Part shown: positions 17,772-26,658 of the stretch, piece after piece | Numbering within the stretch: position 1 is the first letter of the stretch | Layout of the letters: each line of letters begins with the position of its first letter | From: Vulcanimicrobiota bacterium | Lineage (GTDB): Bacteria > Vulcanimicrobiota > Xenobia > Xenobiales > JADMJV01 | Direction of reading: 5' to 3' | Length of the DNA stretch: 64,000 bases | Assembly: GCA_050250895.1 (NCBI GenBank) | Contig: JBFWNU010000004.1 | Span: 430,934-494,933, forward strand | Program-made: the position numbers and the translations under genes | The notes under the pieces: model-generated | Seen by the model: only the letters and a program-made list of their open reading frames with translations | Told to the model about the DNA's origin: nothing | Database searches by the model: none

Positions 17772-17922
17772 GCACAACATACAGCGGACACGAAAACGAC
17801 CCTCCTGCACAAGTCGAATCGTGTCCCGCCGGCAAAGGGAAATTGGCGTGGACCTTCGTCGGCATTCATAGATGACCATACGGACCTCAATGACCCGCGG
17901 AACCCGCGGGTCATTTACTTTT
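17772..17922 (+). ncRNA. Putative structured sRNA, copy 1
   Basis: Near-identical to 19063-19211. Stems GCGGACACGA/TCGTGTCCCGC and GCCGGCAAAGG/CCTTCGTCGGC, CCTCCT loop, terminal hairpin. Confidence 0.6.
17889..17922. terminator. Intrinsic, probably bidirectional terminator
   Basis: AATGACCCGCGG-AAC-CCGCGGGTCATT followed by TACTTTT. Abuts the ankyrin gene stop codon. Confidence 0.75.
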
Positions 17923-18940
17923 CCAGACCCAGCAGGCGAACCACGGCCGGGCGGGCGGCCAACAGCTCGTCCTTCCTTTGCTTTTCCCAATCGACCCGAA
18001 TATAGGCGCGGCAACGGCCGGCAAAGGCAATGCGAGCCTCGAGCCGTTCCACCTGCGCGTCCAGTCCGGCCACGACCCGCCTGGCCTCGCGAGGTCGGCC
18101 ACCGGCGGCCAGGAGCAACTCGAGCACTTCTACCCGGCCTTCCACCCCGGCCCACTCGACCGCCTCGGCCAACTGGGCCCGGGCCCCGCGGGCCAACAAC
18201 CAGGAGACTTCAGCCGCCAGGCCGCGTCCGGCGGCCACAGGCAAAGCGGGGGAAAGGTCCACCGCTCCCAGACTGGTGAGAATCACGATGGGAGTGTCTG
18301 CCTGAGAAGAGTCCCAGGCACAGGCAGCCGCTACCGCCTCGGGGGTGGGGCGAGCCCCGCGAGCCAGCAGAGCCTTCACCTGGGCCAGATCCCGACGCAG
18401 GCACATGGCGGCGAGCGCCTGGTCCCGGCGGTGGGTGGCGGCCGCCAGCGTCGCATAGACCGCTCGTCGGTCATCCTTGGCGGCCAGGTCGAGCGGCAGC
18501 CGGCCCTCAACGTCGAGCAGATCCGCATCAGCCCCGGCGGCCAGCAATATCCGCACAGCCTCTTCGCGGCCCAACCAGGCCGCATCATGCAAGGGGGTGT
18601 GGCCCTGCTCGTCCACCGCATTAACCTCGGCGCCTGCTGCGAGCAACATCCTCAGGCAATCGAGGTGATCCAGGCGAGCGGCCACGTGCAGCGGTTGCTC
18701 ACCATAGAGGTTGCGAGCCTCGAGGCTAGCTCCTCGATCTAACAGCAGGCGCACACACTTCAACGCACTCAGACTGACCGCCTTGATTAGGGGGGTGTGG
18801 TCATAGGTGTCCTTTTCATCCAGCGAGTGGCTCTCGAGCCAGCGAGCCAGACGGTGGGTGTCATCAGTGTTCAAGGCCTCTTCCAATTCGCTGGCCAGAG
18901 CCGGGGTAAAGAGTAGCAAGAGCAGCAACAGAATCCGCAT
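17915..18940 (-). CDS. Secreted ankyrin-repeat protein
   Basis: Signal peptide MRILLLLLLLFTPALA. Repeats TPLIKAV, QPLHVAA, TPLHDAA. Confidence 0.88.
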   Translation of the reverse strand: MRILLLLLLLFTPALASELEEALNTDDTHRLARWLESHSLDEKDTYDHTPLIKAVSLSALKCVRLLLDRGASLEARNLYGEQPLHVAARLDHLDCLRMLLAAGAEVNAVDEQGHTPLHDAAWLGREEAVRILLAAGADADLLDVEGRLPLDLAAKDDRRAVYATLAAATHRRDQALAAMCLRRDLAQVKALLARGARPTPEAVAAACAWDSSQADTPIVILTSLGAVDLSPALPVAAGRGLAAEVSWLLARGARAQLAEAVEWAGVEGRVEVLELLLAAGGRPREARRVVAGLDAQVERLEARIAFAGRCRAYIRVDWEKQRKDELLAARPAVVRLLGLEK

Positions 18941-18984
18941 TCTCGAGTGGTCGCGAGCCGAGGCGGACTATTCCGGCGAAGGTG

Positions 18985-19058
18985 TTTACAAAGCGGTTAC
19001 GGGCCGGCAACAACGCCCGGGTGCATCCAGCTTTCAGACCGCACCCGGGCGGTATGCT
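18985..19058 (+). promoter_or_regulatory. Putative promoter of sRNA copy 2
   Basis: TTTACA-N5-GTTACG, CATCCAGCTTTCAGAC and GGTATGCT at the same spacing as copy 1. Confidence 0.5.
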
Positions 19059-19062
19059 AAGG

Positions 19063-19211
19063 GCACAACATACAGCGGACACGAAACGACCCTCCTGCAC
19101 AATCGAATCGTGTCCCGCCGGTAAAGGGAAATTGGCGTGGACCTTTGTCGGCATTCATAGATGACCATACGGACCTAAATGACCCGCGAAGCTTCGCGGG
19201 TCATTTACTTT
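19063..19211 (+). ncRNA. Putative structured sRNA, copy 2
   Basis: Paralog of 17772-17922 with single-nt indels and substitutions compatible with the same stems. Confidence 0.6.
19176..19211. terminator. Intrinsic, probably bidirectional terminator
   Basis: TAAATGACCCGCGAAGCTTCGCGGGTCATTTA palindrome followed by CTTT, a few nt from a convergent stop codon. Confidence 0.75.
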
Positions 19212-19213
19212 GG

Positions 19214-19609
19214 CTATTTGTCGTCGACGCGGAAGAATAGGGCCAGAAAGAAGAAGGCAAAGGCCAGATCCAGCGGTCCATAAGCAGAGTAGAAGGTGGC
19301 CGCCAGCCAGTTGGTCTTCCACATGCTAGGCAACTGGGTGAAGTGACCCCACTGCCACCAACACCAGGAGCCGAAGTAGAAGACCTTCTCGAGGACGAAC
19401 ACCAGCAGAATCTCGGGAGCCTTCGAGTGGCGCCCCGCCATGGCCATGAAGGCTAATCCCCAGACCATGATGAGGGCCATCCCCCACATCGAAAACAGCT
19501 CGGGGAAGTAGGTCCCGACGCTGAAATCCCGCATACCCCGGGTGAACGTCAGCACTCCCAGGATGTTGAACAGGCCGGCCGCTACCAGCCCCTTAGAGAA
19601 TTTCTTCAT
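19214..19609 (-). CDS. Small integral membrane protein
   Basis: About 4 hydrophobic helices. Start taken at MKKFSKG. Confidence 0.7.
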   Translation of the reverse strand: MKKFSKGLVAAGLFNILGVLTFTRGMRDFSVGTYFPELFSMWGMALIMVWGLAFMAMAGRHSKAPEILLVFVLEKVFYFGSWCWWQWGHFTQLPSMWKTNWLAATFYSAYGPLDLAFAFFFLALFFRVDDK

Positions 19610-20126
19610 TTCGTTTGTCCCCCTTTGCAAATGGTTGTCGCTTCAACGACAGGTCGTCGGCCAGTGGCTGGCACCAGCCGTAAAAGCGCCGATGGTCAAA
19701 ACCGGGCGCGGCCATCCCGATGAACGAAATGGTTTCGCCGAAGAAATGGTCGGTGGCAATCACGATGCGGTTGTTCCCCTGTAAGTAGACTAACTCCTGG
19801 GGCCCGCCGGTGCGACCAAGCTTTGCATAGACCTGAGCTCGGGAATAACTCTGGTCGAGCACGAGCTGTTCGTCTTGAAACAGGTGGCTCGTCTGGAACG
19901 CCACCACCCGGCCGTCTTCGAAGAAGCACCGCCAGACGTCGGCCGGCGGTGGCCACAGCGCTTCGTCCGGTTCATCATACCCGGTGGGAGGTTCACCTAG
20001 AATCGCAATCACCTCGGAGCGCGCCATGCCCAGGCGGACCTCGTGACCCCCCGAGAAACCACCGGCCGCTTCCAGTCGACGGTCAGCCCGCCCGCCCGGA
20101 GACCGCCCATGAACGGCATAGTTCAA
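19593..20126 (-). pseudogene. Degenerate tandem paralog of 20146-20730, with an apparent 5' frameshift
   Basis: HEVRLGMARSEVIAILGEP matches the paralog. The upstream homologous segment (AGGLTVDWKRP) is in another frame, switching near the C6 run at 20047-20052. Confidence 0.5.
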
Positions 20127-20145
20127 GAGCCGGATGGCCGATCTC

Positions 20146-20730
20146 CTACTCGGGGATGGGCCGACACCAAAACCTGAACTGCTCCAGGTCGAATCCCGGC
20201 GCAGCCACGCCGATGTATCGGACGCTCCACCCCACGAACTGCTCGAACTCGATCACTACGAACTGGTCTCCTTGTCGATATACCAGCCGCTCAATCTCAC
20301 CTTCCCTGGCGTGGATGCGGGGCTCCCCGAGCGCGTCCAAAACGTCTTGTCGGGAAACCCGATGGTCCAACATGCGAAAAGGGCCCTGATAAAGGCTGTC
20401 GGTTTGGAACGCCACGACCCGCCCGTCTCGCAAGAAGCATCTCCACACCCCGTCGCGCGTGCCCCAGAGCATCTCGTCCCGCCCGTCATAGAGTTCTGGC
20501 GGCGGACCCAGCAATTCCAGTAAGTCGCCCCGCGTCATGCCCAGGCGAATCTCGTGGCCGTCGCCGTAAGCCTGAAGCGGACGGCTCCAGTCGACCCGCG
20601 CCGAACCGGCCTTCGGGCTCCGCGGGGTCGCGTCTGGATTGAACGCCAGACCAAGGCACCCCAGGAGCGCAACCAGCCAAACCAGGTTCATCCTTGCAGC
20701 CGGAAAATGCAATGCTCTGGATATTCTCAT
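20146..20730 (-). CDS. Exported protein with SmpA/BamE-like repeats
   Basis: Hydrophobic N-terminus (alternative start 20691). IRLGMTRGDLLELLGPP and VSRQDVLDALGEP. Confidence 0.65.
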   Translation of the reverse strand: MRISRALHFPAARMNLVWLVALLGCLGLAFNPDATPRSPKAGSARVDWSRPLQAYGDGHEIRLGMTRGDLLELLGPPPELYDGRDEMLWGTRDGVWRCFLRDGRVVAFQTDSLYQGPFRMLDHRVSRQDVLDALGEPRIHAREGEIERLVYRQGDQFVVIEFEQFVGWSVRYIGVAAPGFDLEQFRFWCRPIPE

Positions 20731-20806
20731 AACGGTGGCACTCCAAACTTCAAGACCGCTGGCAGGACGCCCTCTGCCGCACCTGAGTCCGGAGTTGAGA
20801 GAACCG

Positions 20807-22288
20807 CTAGCTCGGGCCCGGCGAGCAGTCTAAGACTATCAGGGCGATGTTGTCCTGCCCGCCGGGGTGGGGTTCGATGCCGGTGAGCGCGAGCTGGACC
20901 AACTGACCGGCAAATTCGCCCGGCTGCTGACCGAAAAACTTCCACAACCGGTGGATGTGCTCGGGCCCCACCGAGGTCTCGGGCTGGCGATAGTGGCACT
21001 CGTTGATACCGTCGGTATAAAGTAGTAGCGCACCCCGCTCGGGAAGTGAGAAGTGGACCAATTGCCAGTCGTGGGGCTCGGGAGGGTTGTTGAAATAGAA
21101 GAATTGCTTGTGCTCTCGAGTGTGAACGCGGCATTGCCCGGCATCCACGGTAGCCAGGCTGCTGTCACCCACCGAGAGGGCAAAACCCACTCGCCCCGGC
21201 AAGTCCACCACGGCCACCAGCAGCGTGCTACCGCCCCCGACTGGCAGGGCCGGCTCGGCCAGTTCGACGAGCACCCGGCGCAACTGCGTTTCATCCTGGG
21301 GAATGGATGTACGGGACAACCATTCGATGAGAGCGTGGCTCGTCTGGTTTCCAAAGTGACCGTCAGCCACGGCCAAGAGGTAGCGGCCGTCTTGGTGCAC
21401 CAGCAGAAGGGCATCCTCGTTGGCCTTGGTCTCGTCCCCTTTGTAAGCAAGCGAGGGCGAGGCTCTGTCCTGGCCTACGCTCAGGCAGGCGATCGCTCCG
21501 GCCAGTTCTTGCTGATCCCACTCTCCGTAGTCGGTATGATCGCGTCCCAACAGCAACAATCGCTCGGGGGCGGCGGCCGTGGGCAGGGGACCGGGTGCCA
21601 CCTCGCAGACCAGCCCGAAATGGTCGCTAGGCCACAGCTCGGGATTGCCAGCCACCGGCACCGTTCCTACCAGATCGATGCGGCCAGGGGTCATCCCCTT
21701 GCACAACACCCGGTCAAACCGCACTCGCTTGGGTTGACCCGAGAGAGCCAGCCGCATGCCGTTGAGCTCGGTGTCTTCGGTGTATCCGGGGTCGTCTGGA
21801 TGCAGCTCTTGCCAGGCATCGAGATAGTGGCAGGGAAGGCGCTGATTCTCGGGCCAATCCGGGGCAAAGTTGAAATCGCCCACCAGGACCACTCGGGGAA
21901 AGCGCTCTAGAAAATCGAAGACTTCAGCCAGTTGCTCGAGCCGGCGGTCTCGCTGGGCGGCCGTACTCTCGAGATGCACGTTGGCCACCGTCACGCCGTC
22001 TTCGGTTCGAAACCACTGAAGCTGTCTGCCCTGGCCGCTGGGCAGACGCAACTGGCCGCGCTCCTTCCAGGGGCGCTTCGAGACGATGGCCAATCCGGCC
22101 TGACCCGGCCAGCCTGGCCACAGCCCCTGCTCGGCAAAGAGCAGGCGAAAGGTGTCGATCGTGCGGACGCTGACTTCTTGAAAGGCCACCAGGTCCGGAC
22201 GCTGCCGGTCGATCTCCTCGCGCACAGCCCGCAACCTGGCCTCTTGGTGATGGTCTTTCCAACAGAGGTTCCAGGTGAGCAGCCGCAT
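20807..22288 (-). CDS. Fusion of an endonuclease/exonuclease/phosphatase (TDP2-like) domain and a PP2C-family phosphatase
   Basis: EEP motifs LTWN, FQEV, NVHLES, GDFN, RFDRV, SDHFG. PP2C motifs NEDA, VADGH, VGDS, YTDG, DNIA. Confidence 0.82.
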   Translation of the reverse strand: MRLLTWNLCWKDHHQEARLRAVREEIDRQRPDLVAFQEVSVRTIDTFRLLFAEQGLWPGWPGQAGLAIVSKRPWKERGQLRLPSGQGRQLQWFRTEDGVTVANVHLESTAAQRDRRLEQLAEVFDFLERFPRVVLVGDFNFAPDWPENQRLPCHYLDAWQELHPDDPGYTEDTELNGMRLALSGQPKRVRFDRVLCKGMTPGRIDLVGTVPVAGNPELWPSDHFGLVCEVAPGPLPTAAAPERLLLLGRDHTDYGEWDQQELAGAIACLSVGQDRASPSLAYKGDETKANEDALLLVHQDGRYLLAVADGHFGNQTSHALIEWLSRTSIPQDETQLRRVLVELAEPALPVGGGSTLLVAVVDLPGRVGFALSVGDSSLATVDAGQCRVHTREHKQFFYFNNPPEPHDWQLVHFSLPERGALLLYTDGINECHYRQPETSVGPEHIHRLWKFFGQQPGEFAGQLVQLALTGIEPHPGGQDNIALIVLDCSPGPS

Positions 22289-22295
22289 CAGGCTC

Positions 22296-24275
22296 CTACC
22301 CGGCCTCTTCCGAGGACAGGTTCTCCCAAAGAAAGGCCATTTTGTCGGCGTTTTGCTCGATACGCATCCAGCGCGGCATGCCGAACCCGTGCCCGATGTT
22401 GGCCTGGGTGCGCAGCAAAACCGGATTCTCGTTGCCTGCCGACTGCATCTCGGCAGCCAACTTGTAGCTGTGCGATGGAGTGACGCGGTCGTCGTGGTCG
22501 CCGGTCATGATCATGGTGGCCGGGTAGTTCGTGTCGTCTTTGACGTTGTGCAGCGGAGAGTAGCTCAGCATGTTCTTGAACAGGTTGGGCTTTTCCACTT
22601 CACCGTATTCGTGAATCCAGTGATAGCCACCGGTAAACTTGGCGAATCGAAGCATATCGTGCACGCCCACCTCGGGAATGGCCGCGCCAAAAAGATCGGG
22701 GCGCTGCAGTTCGGTGGCCGCCACCAGTAGGCCGCCGTTGCTGCCGCCACCGATCCCCAGATTCTTGGGACTAGTGATGCCTTCTTTGATCAGGGTTTCA
22801 CCGGCACCGATGAAATCGTCGAAGACGTTTTGCTTCTTCAGACGCATACCGTCTTTGTGCCACTGCTCCCCATTCTCTCCGCCTCCGCGCAGGCAGGCGG
22901 TGGCATAGACTCCCCCCGCTTCTAACCAGGGCAGCTTGGTCCAATCAAACCCCGGATTGATGCTCACGTCAAAACCGCCGTAGGCATACAGATAGGTCGG
23001 GCGCTTGCCGTCCATCTCGAGATCGGCGCGATGGGTGACGTAGACCGGCACCTGGGTGCCGTCTTTGCTCTCGCTCATGACCAGGCGAGTCACGTAGCGG
23101 TCCGACGGGTAGGAGGTAGACGGCCTGTAATACTCGCTGCTCTGGCCGGTCTTGACATCAAGACTATAGATGGTGACGGGCTGCGTAGGGCTGCTGAAAT
23201 GGTAAAGCAGTTTGCCGTCGGGACATTCATACATCCCGCTGACGGTGCCCATTCCAGGCAGCTCGATCTCGCCCAGACTGTTGCCTTCGCGGTCGAAGCG
23301 CATCAGTTGCGAGTGCCCGTCTTTGAGATAGTTGGCAAAAATCTGGTTGTGAGCGAAAGCGGCATCGCTGAGATTGAGGTCACCACCGGGAACGACCACG
23401 GTCTGCTCTTCATGCTCGTCGTCCCAGGCCAGAATCGCTCCCTTGGGATACATCGGTCCTTTGGCCAACACGATGTTGTGGCCCTCGGCATCGTCGCCCA
23501 GGCGACTCCAGGAGTTGCCGTCTACGGATTTATAGCTCCAGTCTTGCAAGGGCTCGGGCAATCCGGGTGAATCGGCCGATCGATCCGAGGTCTGGGGCGT
23601 GGCCAACTCGTGGTAACATTGGTCCTGGTGAACCACCACTTCAGAGATAGCCATGCCTTCTTGAGGCGGCTGGTATTTGTTGTAGTAGAAGCCCTTGGAA
23701 TCAGCGCTCCAGCTGATATCGTCGGCTCCGTAGCGGCCGTTGTCTAGCGTTTCGTCATAATCAAGACCGGTCTTGAGGTCGCGAATCCGCCACTCCATCT
23801 CGTCGGTGCCGTTGGTGCGAATGCCGTAGGCGAGAGACTGGCCGTCGGGACTGACCTTCCACTGGTCGATAGAGATGTGACCGTCTTCCGAGAACTCGTT
23901 GGGGTCCATCAGCACGGTCTCTTCACCGGAGCCGATCTCCTGCCGACAAATCAAGGGGTGATTCTGGGTTGTCGCCTTGCTGTAATAGAGAACATTGCCC
24001 TCCACCTGTTTAATGGCGTGAGTTTCGATATCGATGGCGCTGAGGGCCTTGGCGAAATCAGCCCGCTCGGGAATCTGCCCCAGGTATTCCTCGGTCAGCC
24101 TGTTCTCTTCCTGGACGAAGGCCCGGGTCTGGGGGGCGTTGAGCTTCTCCAGAGGACGGAAGGGGTCGGCAACGGTGACGCCGTGAATCTCCTCTTCCGT
24201 GTTATCGTTCGGGGCATCGGGATAGGCTTGCTGTTTCCCCTGAGGGAGTTTGATTTGGGCGGTCCTGATCAACAT
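22296..24275 (-). CDS. Prolyl oligopeptidase (S9A)
   Basis: HGVTVADPFRPLE, YAYGGF, GGSNGGLL (catalytic Ser), HDDRV, GHG. Confidence 0.92.
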   Translation of the reverse strand: MLIRTAQIKLPQGKQQAYPDAPNDNTEEEIHGVTVADPFRPLEKLNAPQTRAFVQEENRLTEEYLGQIPERADFAKALSAIDIETHAIKQVEGNVLYYSKATTQNHPLICRQEIGSGEETVLMDPNEFSEDGHISIDQWKVSPDGQSLAYGIRTNGTDEMEWRIRDLKTGLDYDETLDNGRYGADDISWSADSKGFYYNKYQPPQEGMAISEVVVHQDQCYHELATPQTSDRSADSPGLPEPLQDWSYKSVDGNSWSRLGDDAEGHNIVLAKGPMYPKGAILAWDDEHEEQTVVVPGGDLNLSDAAFAHNQIFANYLKDGHSQLMRFDREGNSLGEIELPGMGTVSGMYECPDGKLLYHFSSPTQPVTIYSLDVKTGQSSEYYRPSTSYPSDRYVTRLVMSESKDGTQVPVYVTHRADLEMDGKRPTYLYAYGGFDVSINPGFDWTKLPWLEAGGVYATACLRGGGENGEQWHKDGMRLKKQNVFDDFIGAGETLIKEGITSPKNLGIGGGSNGGLLVAATELQRPDLFGAAIPEVGVHDMLRFAKFTGGYHWIHEYGEVEKPNLFKNMLSYSPLHNVKDDTNYPATMIMTGDHDDRVTPSHSYKLAAEMQSAGNENPVLLRTQANIGHGFGMPRWMRIEQNADKMAFLWENLSSEEAG

Positions 24276-24354
24276 GAGGCCATTTAACCCTGCGAAACGC
24301 CCAAATCTGTGGCAAAGTTGTTACCAATCGGGTACGGCCGGAGTGAGATCCCAC

Positions 24355-24383
24355 TTGACCATCGACCAACGAGTCGATACCAT
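24355..24383 (+). promoter_or_regulatory. Sigma70-type promoter of the TA operon with an operator-like inverted repeat
   Basis: TTGACC-17nt-TACCAT. The spacer region holds ATCGAC-N6-GTCGAT. Confidence 0.6.
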
Positions 24384-24419
24384 GACTCATGACGATACAC
24401 AATGTGATTCGGAGTAAGT

Positions 24420-24677
24420 ATGAAACAGTTGAGCGTTCGAGGGTTCGACCCGGAGTTAGCGGAGACCCTCAGGACCATGGCTGAAGAAAACGGTATCAGC
24501 CTGAGTCAGGCCGCCCTACGCTTGATGAAGAAGGGTGCCGGTCTGGGAGAGGGCGGCCGAGAGCGAATCGGCAGCGCTCTGGACCGCTTCATTGGCACCA
24601 TGGACGACCAGGAGGTTGCCGAGTTCGAGAGTTCGATCAGGCCTTGCGAAGAGATCGACGAGGAGTTCTGGCGGTGA
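24420..24677 (+). CDS. Antitoxin, FitA/VapB-like (RHH)
   Basis: MKQLSVRGFDPELAETLRTMAEENGISLSQ. Overlaps the PIN toxin gene. Confidence 0.8.
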   Translation: MKQLSVRGFDPELAETLRTMAEENGISLSQAALRLMKKGAGLGEGGRERIGSALDRFIGTMDDQEVAEFESSIRPCEEIDEEFWR

Positions 24678-25063
24678 AACTTTTGCTCGACACCAACACC
24701 TACGTAGCTTTAAGGAATGGAAAGCCCGAAGTCGTCACTCTCGTCAGAGAGGCCGAGTCCATCGTGCTGTCGGCCGTCGTGGTCGGGGAGTTGCTCTTCG
24801 GTTTTCGGCACGGAAACCGGTTTCGCGCGAATGCATCAAGCCTCGAAGACTTTATCGATCAACCTCAGGTCTCTCTAAAAGACGTAACCTACTCGACCGC
24901 CAACCAATTCGGGGTCATTTCTTCGACCCTGCGAAAACGCGGCACACCCATTCCTACCAACGACATCTGGATCGCGAGCCACGTTCTAGAGACTGGGAGC
25001 GAGCTTCTCACCTACGACAAGCACTTCGATAGAATCGATAACCTACCTAAGATCGTTCTATGA
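24674..25063 (+). CDS. vapC: PIN-domain toxin VapC
   Basis: LLDTN, VVGELLFG, GTPIPTNDIWIA, LTYDKHF. GTG start overlaps the antitoxin TGA. Confidence 0.9.
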   Translation: MKLLLDTNTYVALRNGKPEVVTLVREAESIVLSAVVVGELLFGFRHGNRFRANASSLEDFIDQPQVSLKDVTYSTANQFGVISSTLRKRGTPIPTNDIWIASHVLETGSELLTYDKHFDRIDNLPKIVL

Positions 25064-25219
25064 ACCCCGGGAACTCGATGCCTGCGAAGATGGGCCCCTA
25101 GCGAATCTTGGCGGCCCGTCCTTCGGCCGGCTGCGAGGCCGTAGAACTGCTCTCGTTGAGCCGTCCGGCCACGGCGACTGCGAAGCACTCCCTAAAGTGA
25201 ACGGACGAAAGACAAAGCA

Positions 25220-26080
25220 CTAGCTCTTCGACTTGAGGGGCAGAAAGACATCGGTCTCGAGGTCGCACTCGGGCACCTCAGGGAAGAGGTTGAGATACTG
25301 GAAGAATACGGGAAAATCTCTCACCTCGCGGCCGCTCTCGGGTAGCCAGTTGCGATAGAGGTAATACACCGTCTCACCGATCAGGTCGTGGGAACCCCGA
25401 TGACGAGCCACGGCGCACTCTCCACCGGGGATGGTCTTGGTGATGACTCCCTGGGGGTTATCCGGCACGGGAGCGTCGACGGCTCCGCAGATGTCGAACC
25501 GAAACTCCTCGGGGGGGACGCCTTCGGGATCGTCATAGCAGACGCCGAAGGTGGCCTTAGAAGCGATGGGCGACAGGCCGGTGGCTTTGCGCCAGCTGAT
25601 GAACTGCTGCACGGTCTCGAGCAGCCGAGAAGGCGCTCCGCGATGCTCGAGCACGGCCACCGGGGTGGTTTCAAAGGGGACGATTGTGACTTGCATGATA
25701 GCTCCTTGGGTGGGGGTGGGAAACTGATAGTGCTGGTGCCACGGCTCCCACTCGGGACAGCGACGAAAAGCGCTGGGGGCCTGTCCGAAGTTGCGCTTGA
25801 AGGCGCGTGAAAAGGCCCCCGAGCTCTCGAAGCCGGCCTCGAGGGCGATGTCGAGCACCGTCGAACCCGGGTCGAATACCAAACGATAAGAAGCCCGCTT
25901 GAGGCGAAGCAACTGCACGTATTGATAGAGACTGATGCCGACGAAGTCGCGGAACAGCCGATGGAAATGGAACTTCGACAAACTGGCCACCGAGCTCAGT
26001 TGCTCGAGCGACAGGTCGTCTTCGAGGTGGGCCGCGATGTAGTCGCAGACCCTCGTCATTCGCTCCTGATAGGTTTCCAT
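25220..26080 (-). CDS. AraC-family regulator with GyrI-like effector domain
   Basis: LSLEQLSSVASLSKFHFHRLF, IALEAGFES..FSRAFKR, C-terminal WLPESG. Confidence 0.9.
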   Translation of the reverse strand: METYQERMTRVCDYIAAHLEDDLSLEQLSSVASLSKFHFHRLFRDFVGISLYQYVQLLRLKRASYRLVFDPGSTVLDIALEAGFESSGAFSRAFKRNFGQAPSAFRRCPEWEPWHQHYQFPTPTQGAIMQVTIVPFETTPVAVLEHRGAPSRLLETVQQFISWRKATGLSPIASKATFGVCYDDPEGVPPEEFRFDICGAVDAPVPDNPQGVITKTIPGGECAVARHRGSHDLIGETVYYLYRNWLPESGREVRDFPVFFQYLNLFPEVPECDLETDVFLPLKSKS

Positions 26081-26155
26081 CGTCAACACGCCCTGATTAT
26101 GTCCCAACCACCGGGGCCCGTCATGACCGATCTTGCGGACCTGTCCGCCTCTGGG

Positions 26156-26392
26156 CTAGCCGGTCGGCGAGGTTAGAAAGTCTATTCCGTAGGCGGACAT
26201 CCCTTCAGGATGGCGCTCCGCGTAGGCCACCAGGGCTCTCGCCACCTCCGCAAAAAAATGCCTCGGAAGTGTGTAGGGCACGATGAGGACCCCGTAGTGT
26301 GGCTCCTGGTTCTCGAAAAAGCTTACCGTCAAGCGGATGAAGAACATTGCGTGAAGGGAAAGGCCTCCCAGACCTGCTCGGGGCTCTCCCAT
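26156..26392 (-). pseudogene. C-terminal remnant of a DUF5615-like PIN toxin
   Basis: FIRLTVSFFENQEPHYGVLIVP. The N-terminal PIN part is absent. Confidence 0.55.
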
Positions 26393-26649
26393 TGCCGCTC
26401 GATGGCTTTGCGTTGTTCTATCTCCTCAGGATAGGCCGAGAAGTAGGCTAAAGCCACTTGCAACTGGTGGGGGGTCATGCCCGGGAAAGCCTCCCTCACC
26501 ACGGCCATATCACCATTCGCCCCCTCCAGGGTCAGGGCGACCTCGAAGACATCGATTCCTGTTCCTGCGACGCGGGCCCGCCGTCCGGATGCCCCATCCA
26601 CAAAAACGACCCCGGGTATCCTCCGCATACGAACGGCTTCCTCCAGCAT
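26329..26649 (-). CDS. DUF433 antitoxin-like protein, probably 5'-truncated
   Basis: GRRARVAGTGIDVFEV...LQVALAYFSAYPEEI. Confidence 0.7.
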   Translation of the reverse strand: MLEEAVRMRRIPGVVFVDGASGRRARVAGTGIDVFEVALTLEGANGDMAVVREAFPGMTPHQLQVALAYFSAYPEEIEQRKAIERQWESPEQVWEAFPFTQCSSSA

Positions 26650-26658
26650 TTCGTTAGA

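Noticed and set aside
17732-19164. Small ORFs within the duplicated element (type I toxin peptides), or IS/att ends around the ankyrin gene
   Set aside because: Single-nt indels break the frames between copies. There is no transposase, integrase or terminal inverted repeat.
22296-24275. Prolyl oligopeptidase as the RiPP-processing macrocyclase
   Set aside because: The cores contain Pro, but the gene is ~19 kb away in a different operon and there is no evidence of linkage.
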